A stretch of DNA of 64,000 nucleotides. Source: Phoronis australis (taxonomy: Eukaryota > Animalia > Phoronida). Each line of letters opens with the position of its first letter. Position 1 is the stretch's first letter. Positions 50,849 through 63,459 of this stretch are shown in pieces. The notes beneath the pieces are model-generated. The model saw only the letters and a list, made by a program, of their open reading frames with translations. It did no database searches and was not told the origin of the DNA. The stretch lies in NCBI GenBank assembly GCA_002633005.1, contig NMRA01000108.1, positions 601,006 to 665,005 on the forward strand, in the 5' to 3' direction. Position numbers and translations under genes: made by a program.

Positions 50849-51166
50849 NNNNNNNNNNNNNNNNNNNNNNNNNNNNNNNNNNNNNNNNNNNNNNNNNNNN
50901 NNNNNNNNNNNNNNNNNNNNNNNNNNNNNNNNNNNNNNNNNNNNNNNNNNNNNNNNNNNNNNNNNNNNNNNNNNNNNNNNNNNNNNNNNNNNNNNNNNNN
51001 NNNNNNNNNNNNNNNNNNNNNNNNNNNNNNNNNNNNNNNNNNNNNNNNNNNNNNNNNNNNNNNNNNNNNNNNNNNNNNNNNNNNNNNNNNNNNNNNNNNN
51101 NNNNNNNNNNNNNNNNNNNNNNNNNNNNNNNNNNNNNNNNNNNNNNNNNNNNNNNNNNNNNNNNNN
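50849..51166. other. Assembly gap (318 N)
   Basis: Run of N. Confidence 1.
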
Positions 51167-52559
51167 ACGGGTCACCGAGTCCAGCCATTTTCAGCTTACA
51201 ACACTCTAAACAATCCCTAAATCCAACGTAGTTGAGTTCTCTACTAACCTATCTTGCCGCAGAATACTCGCCGATGGAAAGTGGTGGCGACAATTGTTGA
51301 AAAACAGCACAAAACAAAAGTAGAATAGAACAGATTCGCACGGGAAAGTCAACGCAAAACCAAGTGGCGGGAAACGCTTGCCTCCTAAAACGTCACTTCC
51401 GGAGTAGCGGACGAGTAATTAATAAAATTACGAAAAGCTGTAATTAAGTGGAAAATATGTCTAGGATAACCAACCAACCTTATTTTAGCTCAAAATGACA
51501 TGAAAAAATGTTGCCTTCGCCATTAATGCGTAATTCAATGTCCAGTTGTATATAGTATCAAACGAGCTTCTTGGTTTTACTCAAATGCGCCTTTATCGGA
51601 TATAGACACAGTTTTACACAGAGGCGGTAAAACCGATGGTGAAATATGGAGTACATTGGTCATGTCGGTGGTCGGCAAGGGCTAATAATGGATCCAAGCG
51701 ATCCCTCAAAGATTCATGTTAGTCCGTGGGTATAATGAGGATCCATGATGTATCGGATTCATATGAAATTTTCATATACCACGCTTTGTGTTCTGTTAGG
51801 AATTGTTTTAAAAAGTTCCACTTTTGCATAAGGGGCTATCAAAAATAGGGGTTTATGACTCAAATGTTGCATAAAACCACAACGAACTGATGATTGAGGA
51901 AATCGTAACAATGTTTTTGAGATTCCATCTTTGACATTTATATCAACTGAAATTAGGTCATGTTGTTTATACCGTTGTTTTTTTTCTTTGCTAAATTTCA
52001 ATAAAAGACATATTTTCCTTGAATGTATTTCTGTCAGATAGCATGTCTAGTACTCAACTTTGCCCTCAGTTGACGATAGCATATGACGACAGTCTCTAAA
52101 TACTGCATGTGAAAAGAATTCCTATTCTTTTTTGTGCAAATTGCAAGAAATGCGTCGTGATTACTGCTTATGACAATGCGCCCAACATAATGGTACAGTA
52201 GAGAATATGGCGTTGGATCATATAAGTATAGTTTATGCAGCTTGTTCACTTTTATTATGCTTCAGAGTGCTAATCAAACAAAATCCACGCCCTGTTTAAA
52301 AGTCTCGCTCTCGATTTCTAGAATTTTATACACAATGTCACGGCGCCATCTCTTGAGGTGAGAATTTCACCTCCCCGCACTGGAAAGCATGATGTGTGTG
52401 ACTTGACTGATGTACTCTCCGAACTCTCCTACGGCTCCGCCACAACGGGCAGCTAAGTGCCTGCTTTCGTTTCGTTGGAGTCAAGATTGATTGTGAGCAA
52501 AGTTGCCAAAATTATCGTGTATACGGTGATGACAGTGCTGTAAACACACTAAAAATTTA

Positions 52560-55500
52560 ATGGTGTTTCAGGGCAAAGCGATTTGGGGACAAAGATTACA
52601 CAGTTGGATATTGCTGACAGGTAAAGTCATGTAACAATACTACCAGTCAGATGGTAAAAATACTGGGATTACTGCGACGGTGGGCATAACTTATTGGCTG
52701 CCGCTGACCGCCCTGGCACATTCTATTGCTATAAGCAATTATTATCAAGTTACACCTACATAGGGTAAAACCATGAAACCGATTGAAAGGATATTAAACC
52801 ATGATATAATGATTTTACCCAAAATTGTCCTGGTTACCTGCTATTGTGCAAATAGTGCTTCCCTCGAAAAATGAAAGCTCTGTTCAGCTAAAACTCACTC
52901 CTCATTGTTTCAAAATTGGTTCTGTGATTCGAGACAAACACAAAATTCATATATCACCCGATTTAGCATACTTCGTAACGAATTTCTGAATTGAATTGAT
53001 CTTTTAAGCACTAGTTGATTTCAAAGATTTTAAAAATGTTATGTCGGTGTTAATATTCTTTAATAGTTTGATATCCTTTTGGCAAACAACGGGGTAAACT
53101 GATTTAAGAGATTATTGGTCTGACAATAAGGTCTTGGATGCATTCGCAGTTCTACAGCTGAATCGTTATGTCGTTTCCGTATTATAATCTGAGGAATCGC
53201 CGGGTGACGAACCAAAAATTGATTGACTGCTATCGCAACAGCTCTGAAGGCGATATTCGTTTTTTTTTTCTTGTGGGTAGTGTGAGACTGGACTACTAAA
53301 TCAGTCCGTGTCATATGCTTATATAGTGAACGTATCTTCCTTCATAGTGTCAACAAATAGTTTCATCTTACTGCTAGGCATAGGCTGCGTTGATGGTCTC
53401 CTTACGAAGCCTGTCCATAAGTCAATGGAGGAGCTGCAGTAGAAATCTGCTCTTCCTCAAACAAGAGCAATCTTTTTGACTTCATAGATTTGTGTATAAC
53501 CATAAAAATAATTAAATTATGAATTTACAATACATTTTACCATTGGATCAGTTGTGCCAATATCTTTTTTCAGGCTTTGTTATCGTTTGCTCGCCAACAG
53601 TGAGCGCGCAAAGCTCAACAGCAATTTACGTCACCAGCCCCACCTATACTGTTAACACCATAGATGTGACCACATCGCAGACGGTTAACAGTTCAACGTC
53701 TGCAAAATCAAACAACACGTCAGCTATCAATGGCACACCACTGTCGTCCGTTACGAATATCGGTGCCTCGGATGGCAATAACACATATCCTACCAGTACG
53801 TCGACGTCGCTGGGAAATGGACCATCAAGTCCTTCTCCTACATCGACATCAATGGAGACTATTTCTAGCACAGTGGCGCCACACTCGACAAGCAGCTTGT
53901 TCACAAGTAATGAGGCTGGGTTGAATCTGACGTCATCCATGACGAACCCAACTAATGCGACTTCGACACCAGACATTTCTTCTTCTTCTTCACAGGCCGT
54001 GGGAGGTATTGCGACCAGCACGTTAAACGCTCCTTCGATCCATACACGCAGCATCGAATCTCAGACCCTGCAAGAAACGACGCTAGACATAGTGTCGACA
54101 GCTTCTTCAATAAATGGTAGCTTTCAAACACCGTCAATATCTGCAATGGAATCGTCATCCGCAGTTTCGAATCACACTTTGCCGTCTGAAGTCACATCAG
54201 TTCTGGGGTCATCCTCGGAACATTTGGTCAATTCATCGAATGTACCAATGTCGTCGGTGTCGTCAATGTATGGTGGCATTCAAACACCGTCAAAATCTGG
54301 AATGGACTCGACATCCGCAGTTTCGAATCACACTGTGCCGTCTGAAGTCACATCAGTTCTGGGGTCATCCTCGGAACATTTGGTCAATTCATCAAATGTA
54401 CCAATGTCGTCGGCGTCGTCAATGTATGGTGACATTCAAACACCGTCAAAATCTGTAATGGTCTCGACATCCGCAGTTTCGAATCACACTGTGCCGTCTG
54501 AAGTCACATCAATTCCGGGGTTTTCCTCAGAACATTTGGTCAATTCATCAGACGTACCTTCGGTGACAGCTAGTAGTTCTGTCCGAGACTTTCTTACGTC
54601 AACACTCACACCTTCTTCACCAGAAGTGGCAAGCTATTCAGGAACAATTGAAACATTGTCTTCATCGAAAGAAATTAGTATTTCACAAACACCTGAGGCG
54701 GTTCCATCGTCAGGAGTGACACATTACCCAGAAATAATTGAATCAGTTACTTCGTCTAAAGTAATTAGCTATTCATCAACAACTGATGCAACGTCTTCAG
54801 TTGAAGTAACTGGCAACTTGTCAACATCCGTAGCAACGTCCTCATCAAACCTAATAATTCATAGTACTGTAGCGACCACACAGGTAGTAACACAGCAAAC
54901 TGGAATGACGTCAGCTTTATCAGCTGCAGAGCAATCTGTGACGACAGTAGTCTTCTCAGACGTACTCGAAACTTCGATGCCAACCACCAAGTCGTCAACA
55001 AATTTTAATTTGACGTCTTCCACCTCACTAGTCGCTGCAACGACACACCAACCTTCGTTGCCATCTGTTTTAGTTTCGTCTTCTACCCTTTTTGTAGCAG
55101 AAGCATCTTCAGCAGGCAGCAAAACGTCATCATCGATGACCTCTTTCCAGACTGCATCTTCTACTACCGCAACAACAATGCATATGATCTTAAGTACGTC
55201 TGCAGCTGCTGTTCCAGTCACTTCTGCAACTCCTACTACCACGGCCGTGGACACTACATCAGAAGCCGTCGTTACGTCGCCGCCTGTGTTGGACATTAAA
55301 TATACTGCGACTTTGGAAGGAAATTGCACCGTTGCATTGAAAAAGAATCACACCTTCCAGGAGGAATTCGAACGTGCTGTGTTAAAAACTCTGCAAATAA
55401 AGTCGCATATTGTAGTAAACGACATAAGGTGTGGTTCAATTCTTGTTGACTTCACAATAAACAGTTCAACAACACACAACCTTGAAAATATCGACTGGAG

Positions 55501-56017
55501 TAAGACAAATTTCACGATATTTGGATATAACTTTGCTTTTGTATCTGTCAAAGGTCCAGGAAAGACAACAGTCTCGACCACTGAATCCCCAACTAGTCCA
55601 AAAACTGAGCCAAGTATGGCTCTTAGTGATCTTGATCTTATAGTTATTATAGTGGCAAGCGTCGTCTGTACCACTCTCATACTGTTCGGTATTTTGATGT
55701 GTGTTCGAGAACTTTTTAAACAACGGCGCGCTAAGTCGTTTAATGTTATGGGAAACGGTGTTCGTGGGAGAACGGAAGATTTCACACTGACTCCATTGCC
55801 ACGGTCGCAGCCAGAATATGATGACAACGGAATGACGCATTCAACGTCAACGTTTGAACCCAACAAAAACCCAATGACAACAATTAGTGTAGATTTGCCT
55901 CCGCCGGATAGAGAGCGACTTTTGGTGACAAAAAATGAACCATCTGGTGTAGTCAATCCGACCTATGACACAGTGGATGACGAACATGCGGTGGCTGTAA
56001 ATGGCCAGCCTTCTTAA
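52560..56017 (+). CDS. Mucin-like type I transmembrane glycoprotein with SEA-like domain, 834 aa; exons 52560-52620 and 53574-56017
   Basis: Exon 1 MVFQGKAIWGQRLHSWILLT-G|gtaaag splices in phase 1 to tttttcag|GFVIVCSPTVSA-Q, forming a signal peptide. Then about 560 aa Ser/Thr-rich stalk with many NxS/T sites, SEA-like domain with GSILV, TM helix LIVIIVASVVCTTLILFGILMCV, basic stop-transfer RELFKQRR, and a tail with NPTY. Confidence 0.85.
54116..54560 (+). repeat. 156-bp (52-aa) coding tandem repeat x about 2.8
   Basis: CAAACACCGTCAA at 54125, 54281, 54437; unit GGIQTPSKSGMDSTSAVSNHTVPSEVTSVLGSSSEHLVNSSNVPMSSASSMY. Confidence 0.95.
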
Positions 56018-57114
56018 CTTACTAGCCAATTGCAGTTTCATTTGCTTAATGACAATTATCTGGAGGGGCAAGAGCCAAAACGCAGTGTGTCCATAGTTCC
56101 AATTAAGTGGAGAAAATCAAGCATCAAATATGCCCACTGGAATGTAAAGTGTTGAGTAAAATGTGGGGATTGACATTAGCAGAAAACAAAGAAGCGCGTG
56201 ATTTCGAAGTTATTGATTATATGCAGTAACGTCTTCGTTTATTTTCATCCAAAGAAAGTATTCGGGGAAATAGGTTCGTTTTTGTTATGAAAACTATGGT
56301 GCATAAGAGAAATCCAGCTTAAAAATGTTGCGCGCCTTAAGGATTTGTGTGTATTGTAAACTTTGCCAAAGCACAGTCAAATTTGAACGCTAAACCATGA
56401 TTCACTAGAAGTAAAAAGGGGAACTATGCCGGCTCACTTCAATTTCAGAGCCTGCGTGTTACAATTCTTGAAACACCCAAGAATGAAGGTTATTTTTATA
56501 ATATAGCCTACCTTTGCTAACAGTAACCTCCGGCCTATTGTTATTGCGCGTTATGCAGTATTATTGTTCGAAGATTCTCTCCGTCTGTTTGAGTCTGTAA
56601 GTATCTGATTGAATCTAATACTCAAATTATGGTGAGGTGGTGTACATTGCAATTCTTAGCTTATATGCAAACTATGTTACTTTGTTATGAAACTGATATG
56701 AGCCTGCCTTCTGTCATAACAAAACAGGATTTAGACAATTTACCTCCATACTTGTGTCAAATTTTCCTTTACGCAACTTAGAAGTGAATTCCTGGCTCGG
56801 GGACAAATGGAAACTCTTTTACAGCTGAGTCATGAACATGTGGACATCAGTCGTATAGGAACTTCCTACACCGGGAGTTTTCGCCAAATTATGCCACACT
56901 GATTAAAACATCTGAGTTACCTTGCTATAAGCACACTTTGCGCATAGAGAGACACCTCAGGAGGCCGTCGGTATCTTTAATTCCTTTAAACTCGAACAGT
57001 CTCGAACTTTTTTCGAGCAGTCCTTCGTTCAGTTGCCTAAATCGGCCAACTAACCATTTTTAACACTCTGTGCGCGGTAAAAATAGGGCGACATTGGACT
57101 GTATGCACTGAATA

Positions 57115-57600
57115 AAAATACGCGTAGATTAAGAAAGAGTACGCGTAGATTAAGCAAAAGTACGCGTAGATTAAGCACAAGTATTAAGCGCCAAGGGGTT
57201 CTTAAACAAGTACATTACTTTGCTTTGAAATGTGCTTAATCTACGCAAACTTTGAACCAGTTCATGTAGGCCAACAACGCCCGTGCTCTCAAATTAATTG
57301 ATTAAGAAAAAACGACGTTCGTTTAAGAATTAAAAGTACGCGTACATTAAGCAAAACCACGCGTAAATTAAGCAAACGTACGCATAGATTAAGCAAAAGT
57401 ACACGTAGATTATACAAAATCACGTGTAAATTAAGCAGAAGTACCCGTAAATTAAGCACAATTCCACGCGTGGAAATGTACTCGTTACAAAAGAACACTT
57501 AGATTAAGCAAAAGAACACTTAGATTAAGCAAAAGTACGTGTAGATAAAGCACTTTTCTACGCGCAGAAAGGTACTCGTTTAAGAACTCTTTGGCACTTC
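57115..57600. repeat. 21-bp degenerate tandem repeats associated with a TIR element (57186-57600)
   Basis: AAAGTACGCGTAGATTAAGCA units; AAGCGCCAAGGGGTTCTTAAACAAGTAC ... GTACTCGTTTAAGAACTCTTTGGCACTT inverted ends. Confidence 0.75.
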
Positions 57601-59599
57601 ATAGTTTGGTAACACCCAATAGTCTAAATCAAAAGATAGCTGTTCGGCATCTTAAATTGTAGTTGTACTTTAGTGTGATCCTTCTAACGTGCCTTCCGTT
57701 TCTTGCGAGTGTAGTAAAACACGCAAGATCACGACGTGGCAAACTAACACCTCGAGTATAAATATAAAGTGGCATGATAACTGACACTGAAAAGTGATTA
57801 GACGGCAACACGGAGAGGTCAATTTCCGTTGTGCCAAGCTACCTCGCCGATACATCACGGCGAATGACGAATCTTAATCACGTTCCTCTATTCACCAAAA
57901 AGCAACATGTGTGAGATCGTAGATTCGTCAGGACTGTGTGTGTTCTGCAACAAAGGCTGGCGAGACAGATGTGGTGAGAAATCTTAAGTCATAGAGCCAA
58001 AACTGTACGAACCTTTTCCCATAATTCAACGTTCCAGCCTCAGTGACGGCCATTTTGGTAGCTGGTGTACGTGAGTGACGTTCCGAGTGTACTCGTGAAA
58101 CAATCATTTGTGTGACTTCATGACATAATGACAAACTGGAAAAATCGCATAAAACACAGTTTGTTTATATAGTTGTATAACATATTTGAAAACGCTAACT
58201 TGGGCCCGAGGGCATGAATGTTAGCTATTGCATAACAAAAATGGCGTCACTTTATCGACCGTCACATTGCCGTTTTTGAATAACGGTTTTGACGTCATAA
58301 AATTATATTTATCCCTCGAGAATTACTCAAGGGTTTATAAAATAGTGATACCATGATACACGTACCTGAGGGCACCGAAACGTATTATAATTCGCAATCA
58401 GGTTAATTTTAACTTCCTACGCATGTAAATGCTTGATGAGTTCAATATACTTATTTTATTTTGTATGTTACTGAAATGTTGGCAAATAAAAAGAGAAACG
58501 TTAAAGTGTCGCAATTTTGATAATGAGAATAGCCATGGTATATTTCGTTGTAAATAATTTTGAGAATGACATTTTGGTACAATTGTTTTGTATCGTATAC
58601 TACCATATGTACAATACACTGTAAAACACAGTAAACTATTTAAAAAGTTGCCGATCTCTGTGATCATTTGGAAGTTTTCGGATACTACAAAACATTACAT
58701 GCTACAATTACTGTATGGAAAACAACCTGTGAAGAAACAATGCACCCAGTACTAACTGTGCTCGTTTTGATGATTAAGATTACATGCGCACGGTCTTTAG
58801 TTATATACATATATCGAACATAAACAGCGTTACACACAGTTAGTTTGCTTTGAAGACGCTTGTCCATGTACAACAAGGTGATCGTTTTGCACAGACATCG
58901 TGGTAAAGTCAGTCGCCAAGAAATCATTGACAGTGCGACTTTAAAGTATATTGACCGCACGATGCTCGGACTCGAGACCCAAAACGTTTTTTATGGCCAT
59001 TCTTCGCTAATCTCATCTCTTTAGCCACGATTGCAGAGATATACTTGACAACAGTTACCCAGTTGCAAACTTTTCACCAAAAACGCTTTTGGGTCATGAG
59101 CTAATCTCATGGAGCTCCATTTGCCTTTGCATAGTGCCCACGTATACTCAGTTTCATTAGAAGTGGACCGTGGCCAGCTATCTTCACAAGAAGGCGATGG
59201 AAGTGCCGATCGGATGCTCCAAATACATTCAGGGGAGACAACCACTGCCTTGTAGAGTCATCTTATAGTGCAGAACTAGATCACTGTCAGTGCTCAAGTG
59301 AGCATTTATTTCCGCACCCAAGGAAAAGAACAATATGAACTGTGCACTCGTGTATGGAGCAACACTCTGAAACAGGCCCACTCTGGCCAGAGTGAGTTCA
59401 TATTCTACTTGAAAACTGGCTCACATCGCCAGCACGGCTTTGCCGGACTTCTTGTACAGCTTCCCACTTTTTATAAAGAAGTCTTCATGTGAACATTTTC
59501 ATGGAGAACGCCTTTTAAAACTGCACACTACAGCAGTCAAGTTCACTGATGGTGAAAGAATGTAGTTGTAAAAGAAAAGAGCAGCACATTTAAAACCAG

Positions 59600-60520
59600 C
59601 TACTAATTACGATAACTGCCGTATAGGTATATGCCAAATCAGCCACTTTGGTTCACAGAAGATGGTACGTCCGAGTGGAAATCTGGTTACATTGAGTCAC
59701 AAGATTTACATCCACATTCAATTTGGAAGTTGTCAACCATGACAGTAGTCACCGACTACCAAGGATGAGCCACGACATCAAATCTCGTTATGCCATCGCT
59801 GCGAAGCAAGAGATCCAGCGTCAAGTTCCTCCCATGCCACCGGAACAAGAGTCGTCAACTGCACGTGCCGACAGTGACCCGTTACCATCTGCCTCTGAAA
59901 CAACCGCTCCTTGTCGTGACAGTGACACACCATCCTTTGTCATTGACACTGTCACTCAGCAGACGTCTTCTTCATAACCACAAGTAGCGAACCGTCTGCA
60001 ACAACAATGAAATAGAACACAACACCTGCCAAACAGATGCTCCTGTACAGCACAGGCCTGTACCAGCTACATCAACATTTGGACGACATCTCAAGACTAC
60101 AAAAAACTGACTACGTTTACCGCACAAGAGTGCGAAAAAAGTGACATTTGCATATTTTGTTTACGTGAAGTAATTGAGTTTTCCTTAAGTAGTAGTTACT
60201 AATGGTAGATGATGGAGCTGTTTAAAAGTCATTTTAGACTCTTGTCTTTGTTTGAAATAACTTGTTGTATGCTTAGTAGCCTTTAAAACTTTATTTTAAA
60301 GTTAATGCGACTATTGTTGCATTGGATTCTTTGAACATTCGAGTTTACAGATTGTTTTTTAAGAGTTATTTAGTTCTGAAACTACCTAAAAGGGGACATG
60401 CTGTAGTAATGCGTAGTAAGCAGTCCATTCATAAATCGTAGTAACCCTTGACCTCCTTGCGTATAAGTATGTAGGTATATGATTGGTTGTCATGTGATGT
60501 ATTGTCCAACCACAGTTCAG
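59600..60520 (+). mobile_element. Decayed Ty3/Gypsy LTR retrotransposon 3' end (integrase C-terminus, PPT, start of LTR)
   Basis: Frameshifted PNQPLWFTEDGTSEWKSGYIESQDLHPHS..V..HRL.R.SHDIK resembles the integrase C-terminal W.xG...PxSY.V...RRN.xH pattern; low-complexity linker; STFGRHLKTTK..DYV end motif; AAAAGGGGACA|TG polypurine tract/LTR junction at 60388-60400; right boundary approximate. Confidence 0.6.
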
Positions 60521-60857
60521 TTATACCTCTTCTTTCGCCGGTCTAACTCTCGCTGGTACCATGGCCTAGCCAGCTATCTCTGACCACCTAGCGGCACGCA
60601 GGGAACCGGCGAGCGGTCTAACTAAAGAGCTTCGAAAGAACTGACTGTTCGTTACTGTTTGAGACCAGGCTCTTCAAATTGACTTGTCACGGCTTGTCAC
60701 CTTATGCATCATGACAATGCTCTCAAGGAAAAACGAATTGTTATTTCTTTGCATAGCCTGAGTGAAACCACTTCTCATTTGAGTAAAGAACAAGTTCTAG
60801 CAGCAAGTATTCTCGCTTATATTTTCATTCTCTATTGGTGTAAGAAAATGTGGCGTT

Positions 60858-61022
60858 CAGCGTTCGAAATACACACTGGCCCGGTGTCCCGGTGCCAGTG
60901 GATTTTCGGTCGGGTCCGGCAGTAACTTTTAAAATTTAACTTGGCACCCCGGCGGACCACTAAATTTTCAGACAAACTGGCCCGGTAGGCCAGCACATTT
61001 ATTAGCTGATGTTCGAACACTG
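60858..61022. mobile_element. hAT-type MITE, 165 bp
   Basis: CAGCGTTCGAAAT ... ATGTTCGAACACTG TIRs; 8-bp TSD GTGGCGTT / GTGGTGTT. Confidence 0.8.
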
Positions 61023-61821
61023 GTGGTGTTCTTTCGTCCTACTGTTGACTGCTGTCTGTCCACATTGTGGAATAAACCACGTCCTTGTTTCAGTGCTGAC
61101 GACCTCGTACTACTTGCACCATCTATTGGCGGTCTTAATAAATGAAAATATTGTGAACAGTTAGTCACAACATAAAGTTCTAAAAGTACAATCATTTTCT
61201 TTTGACTCATGCTACTTTACCTTTCTTTTGCTTAATGGTTCGATTGTTAGGAAGTTTAGTCAGGTTAAGTACTGTGGTCAAATTTTGACAATTGGCTGGA
61301 TCGGAGTGATGGCGCTCTCGCCATCGTAGGCAGTGCTCGTAACTGTTATCAAAGTTAAGATGTGTTCTCTTGAGGTTTTAATCTTCTCCACTTTTTGTTC
61401 TTCTGAGTACTCTGCCCATTTTGGTGGAAATTTAAAATCTCAGCTATCTGAGTATCTTACCATAACGTTTTTAAGCGTTTTCTCGGTTTCTCAAAATTTT
61501 AGAGCACCTCTTCAAGCTGTTCCGCATTTGACTGTCTGTAATGCAAAGCTTTTGCGTTTCCCACGCCACCTTTCGGAGTCTGACAATCCCCTTGTTCAGT
61601 TGTTGCAATGAATGACTCTGATATGTATGTCAGCTACATTTGTTTGTACTACTTGCATTCACTGTATACTATAGAGTTTAGTTTGTCTGTTGTTTAATTT
61701 TTTCCTGAAGTCTACAATACATTTACATGATGTATAGCTGTTATGTTCTATTCATAAGCATATTTCGTTATTGTAGTCCTTTTTGGACTGTTGTACGCTT
61801 CGCAGAGTCTGAAATAAAATA

Positions 61822-61853
61822 TATTCTATTCTATTCTATGCTATGCTATTCTA
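61822..61853. repeat. (CTATT/CTATG)n microsatellite
   Basis: tattctattctattctatgctatgctattcta. Confidence 0.85.
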
Positions 61854-63380
61854 AATCAATCTAGAACGCGCATGTATAACCGCTTTTAAAACATCGTTAA
61901 TTTTAATTATTAAGATGGATAACGAGTAAATACAAAGCTGCAAAGGGTGAAAGGTGACATTATTGAGCCACGTCACGGGTGACACGCAAAGTCTCAGTGT
62001 GTTTATGTCGCGAAAAATGATTTTTAAAAGAAAGGCAAAAGGGCAAGCTGTCTCCCATGTTCAGGTGAAAATGATGCATTTGAACGTAAAAAGAAATGTC
62101 TTGAAGTGTCTTGCGCACAACTTTTCAGTTCAACGGAGTATGTGAGATAATTACATTTCAGTTTATTTAGATTGCGGAAAAGCGAAGTTCCGCAATACTA
62201 CGGATAAAATGAGGGTACATTCTACATCTGAAAGGTGATGGGTGGTCCTTGTACAAATGGTGCGCCATACGACTTAGTGACATTTTCAAATTGATCGTTT
62301 TTGCTCCACACAAAACGTGCAATATGTACGAACTTTCATTGACGTATTGTGAACTCGTGGATTGTGATGGGTGACCTGCAAGATAAATATAGCAACATGC
62401 AACACCTTTCGAGTTTATAAAAGGAGAAAGACAGCAGTTTTGTAAAAAGTGTAAAAGAACGTAAACGCCTCTACAATACACGAAAGGTGGAAGATGGTCT
62501 TTTCACAAAGGGAAAGTTGCGAAGTGGTAGGAGTGACCTTTTACACACATTTTTAAAAATTAAGGAGGTAAAGTTTCGCGCAGCGCTACCTCCAAGCAGG
62601 TACGCGATTCAGCTTTAGAAGTTTCAATCGAATTACATACATGTGTACACTGTACAGTTTATTGACAGTAAGCAACGGTAGTAGTACCCTTAAGGTACAG
62701 GCCCGTATGACGGGGCATTAATCAAGGTCGCTGATAAATTCAATTTCATCGACCTCTGCCCCCGGCCTTCACCAGGGTTTCTCTTCTGGTTACCAGCTGT
62801 GCCGGGGACACGTGCTCGTCCCCCTCGCCCCAGAGTTCCGCTTTTTATAGGGCACTGATGTGTTGTGATGTGTTTTAACGGCGTGTGATCTAGTCAGCCA
62901 GCGTCGACTCTCGTTTTCTAGTACTTGGTGAATGAGTAAATGTGAGGCAGTCGTAACATGCGAAGACTAAAACAGATTTTCTTTGATCAAAACCATTATT
63001 TCCGATATTGCGTCAACCAAATTATCACACTTTGTCAAAGTCTATGAGCTGAATGATCAATGAGTTGTAAAGCAGAACGCATCATAATCAGTGCGTCCAC
63101 AGCACTTCGCGTGTTTTCATAATAAAAATCATTTTTAACCAGAGCGGTACTGTTAAATAGTCTTTATTTAAGCCTTAGGAGAATAGAATCATTAATTACG
63201 TTAGCTGTAATCAGTCGCTGGCAGGTTCCCTGTGCATGAATTATTCAGCGTCTGAAAATTTCTCAAAAAATCCCGGTGGGAGTAAATCCGCTATGAGAAC
63301 AGCCATGTGACTTCTGATGTATTAGCTCAGAGGAGGATTTGTGGAGCCGCGCGAAGGGTTGATGCACGTTCCTCTTGAGA

Positions 63381-63459
63381 ATGGCGTTAGTTTTACATTT
63401 GAAATACGCCGAACAATTGAAGGGAAAAGGTGATAGACTGGCAAAGGTGTCCTTTAGAG
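63381..63459 (+). CDS. OTOF: Otoferlin (ferlin family) coding exon 1, start of C2A domain; gene continues beyond the window
   Basis: MALVLHLKYAEQLKGKGDRLAKVSFR-G|gtaggg versus human OTOF [27 protein letters not shown]; 79-nt phase-1 first exon as recalled for human OTOF. Confidence 0.85.

Larger units (their letters stand above)
49973..51522 (+). mobile_element. Kolobok-type DNA transposon with about 160-bp TIRs and TTAA TSD; interior in an assembly gap
   Basis: TTAA at 49969-49972 and 51523-51526; TIRs about 49973-50130 and 51365-51522 are nearly identical; AG.. 5' terminus; THAP ORF inside. Confidence 0.85.

Noticed and set aside
50723-51209. ORFs of 115-221 aa around the N gap
   Set aside because: Their length comes from translating Ns; only the flanking parts are interpretable.
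53644-55956. Long antisense and alternate-frame ORFs over the mucin gene
   Set aside because: Shadow ORFs expected from Ser/Thr-rich repetitive coding sequence.
30874-63459. Functional 'sensory cell' cluster of BBS7, mucin and otoferlin
   Set aside because: Adjacency alone in a eukaryotic genome is not evidence of co-regulation; it would need conserved synteny and co-expression data.
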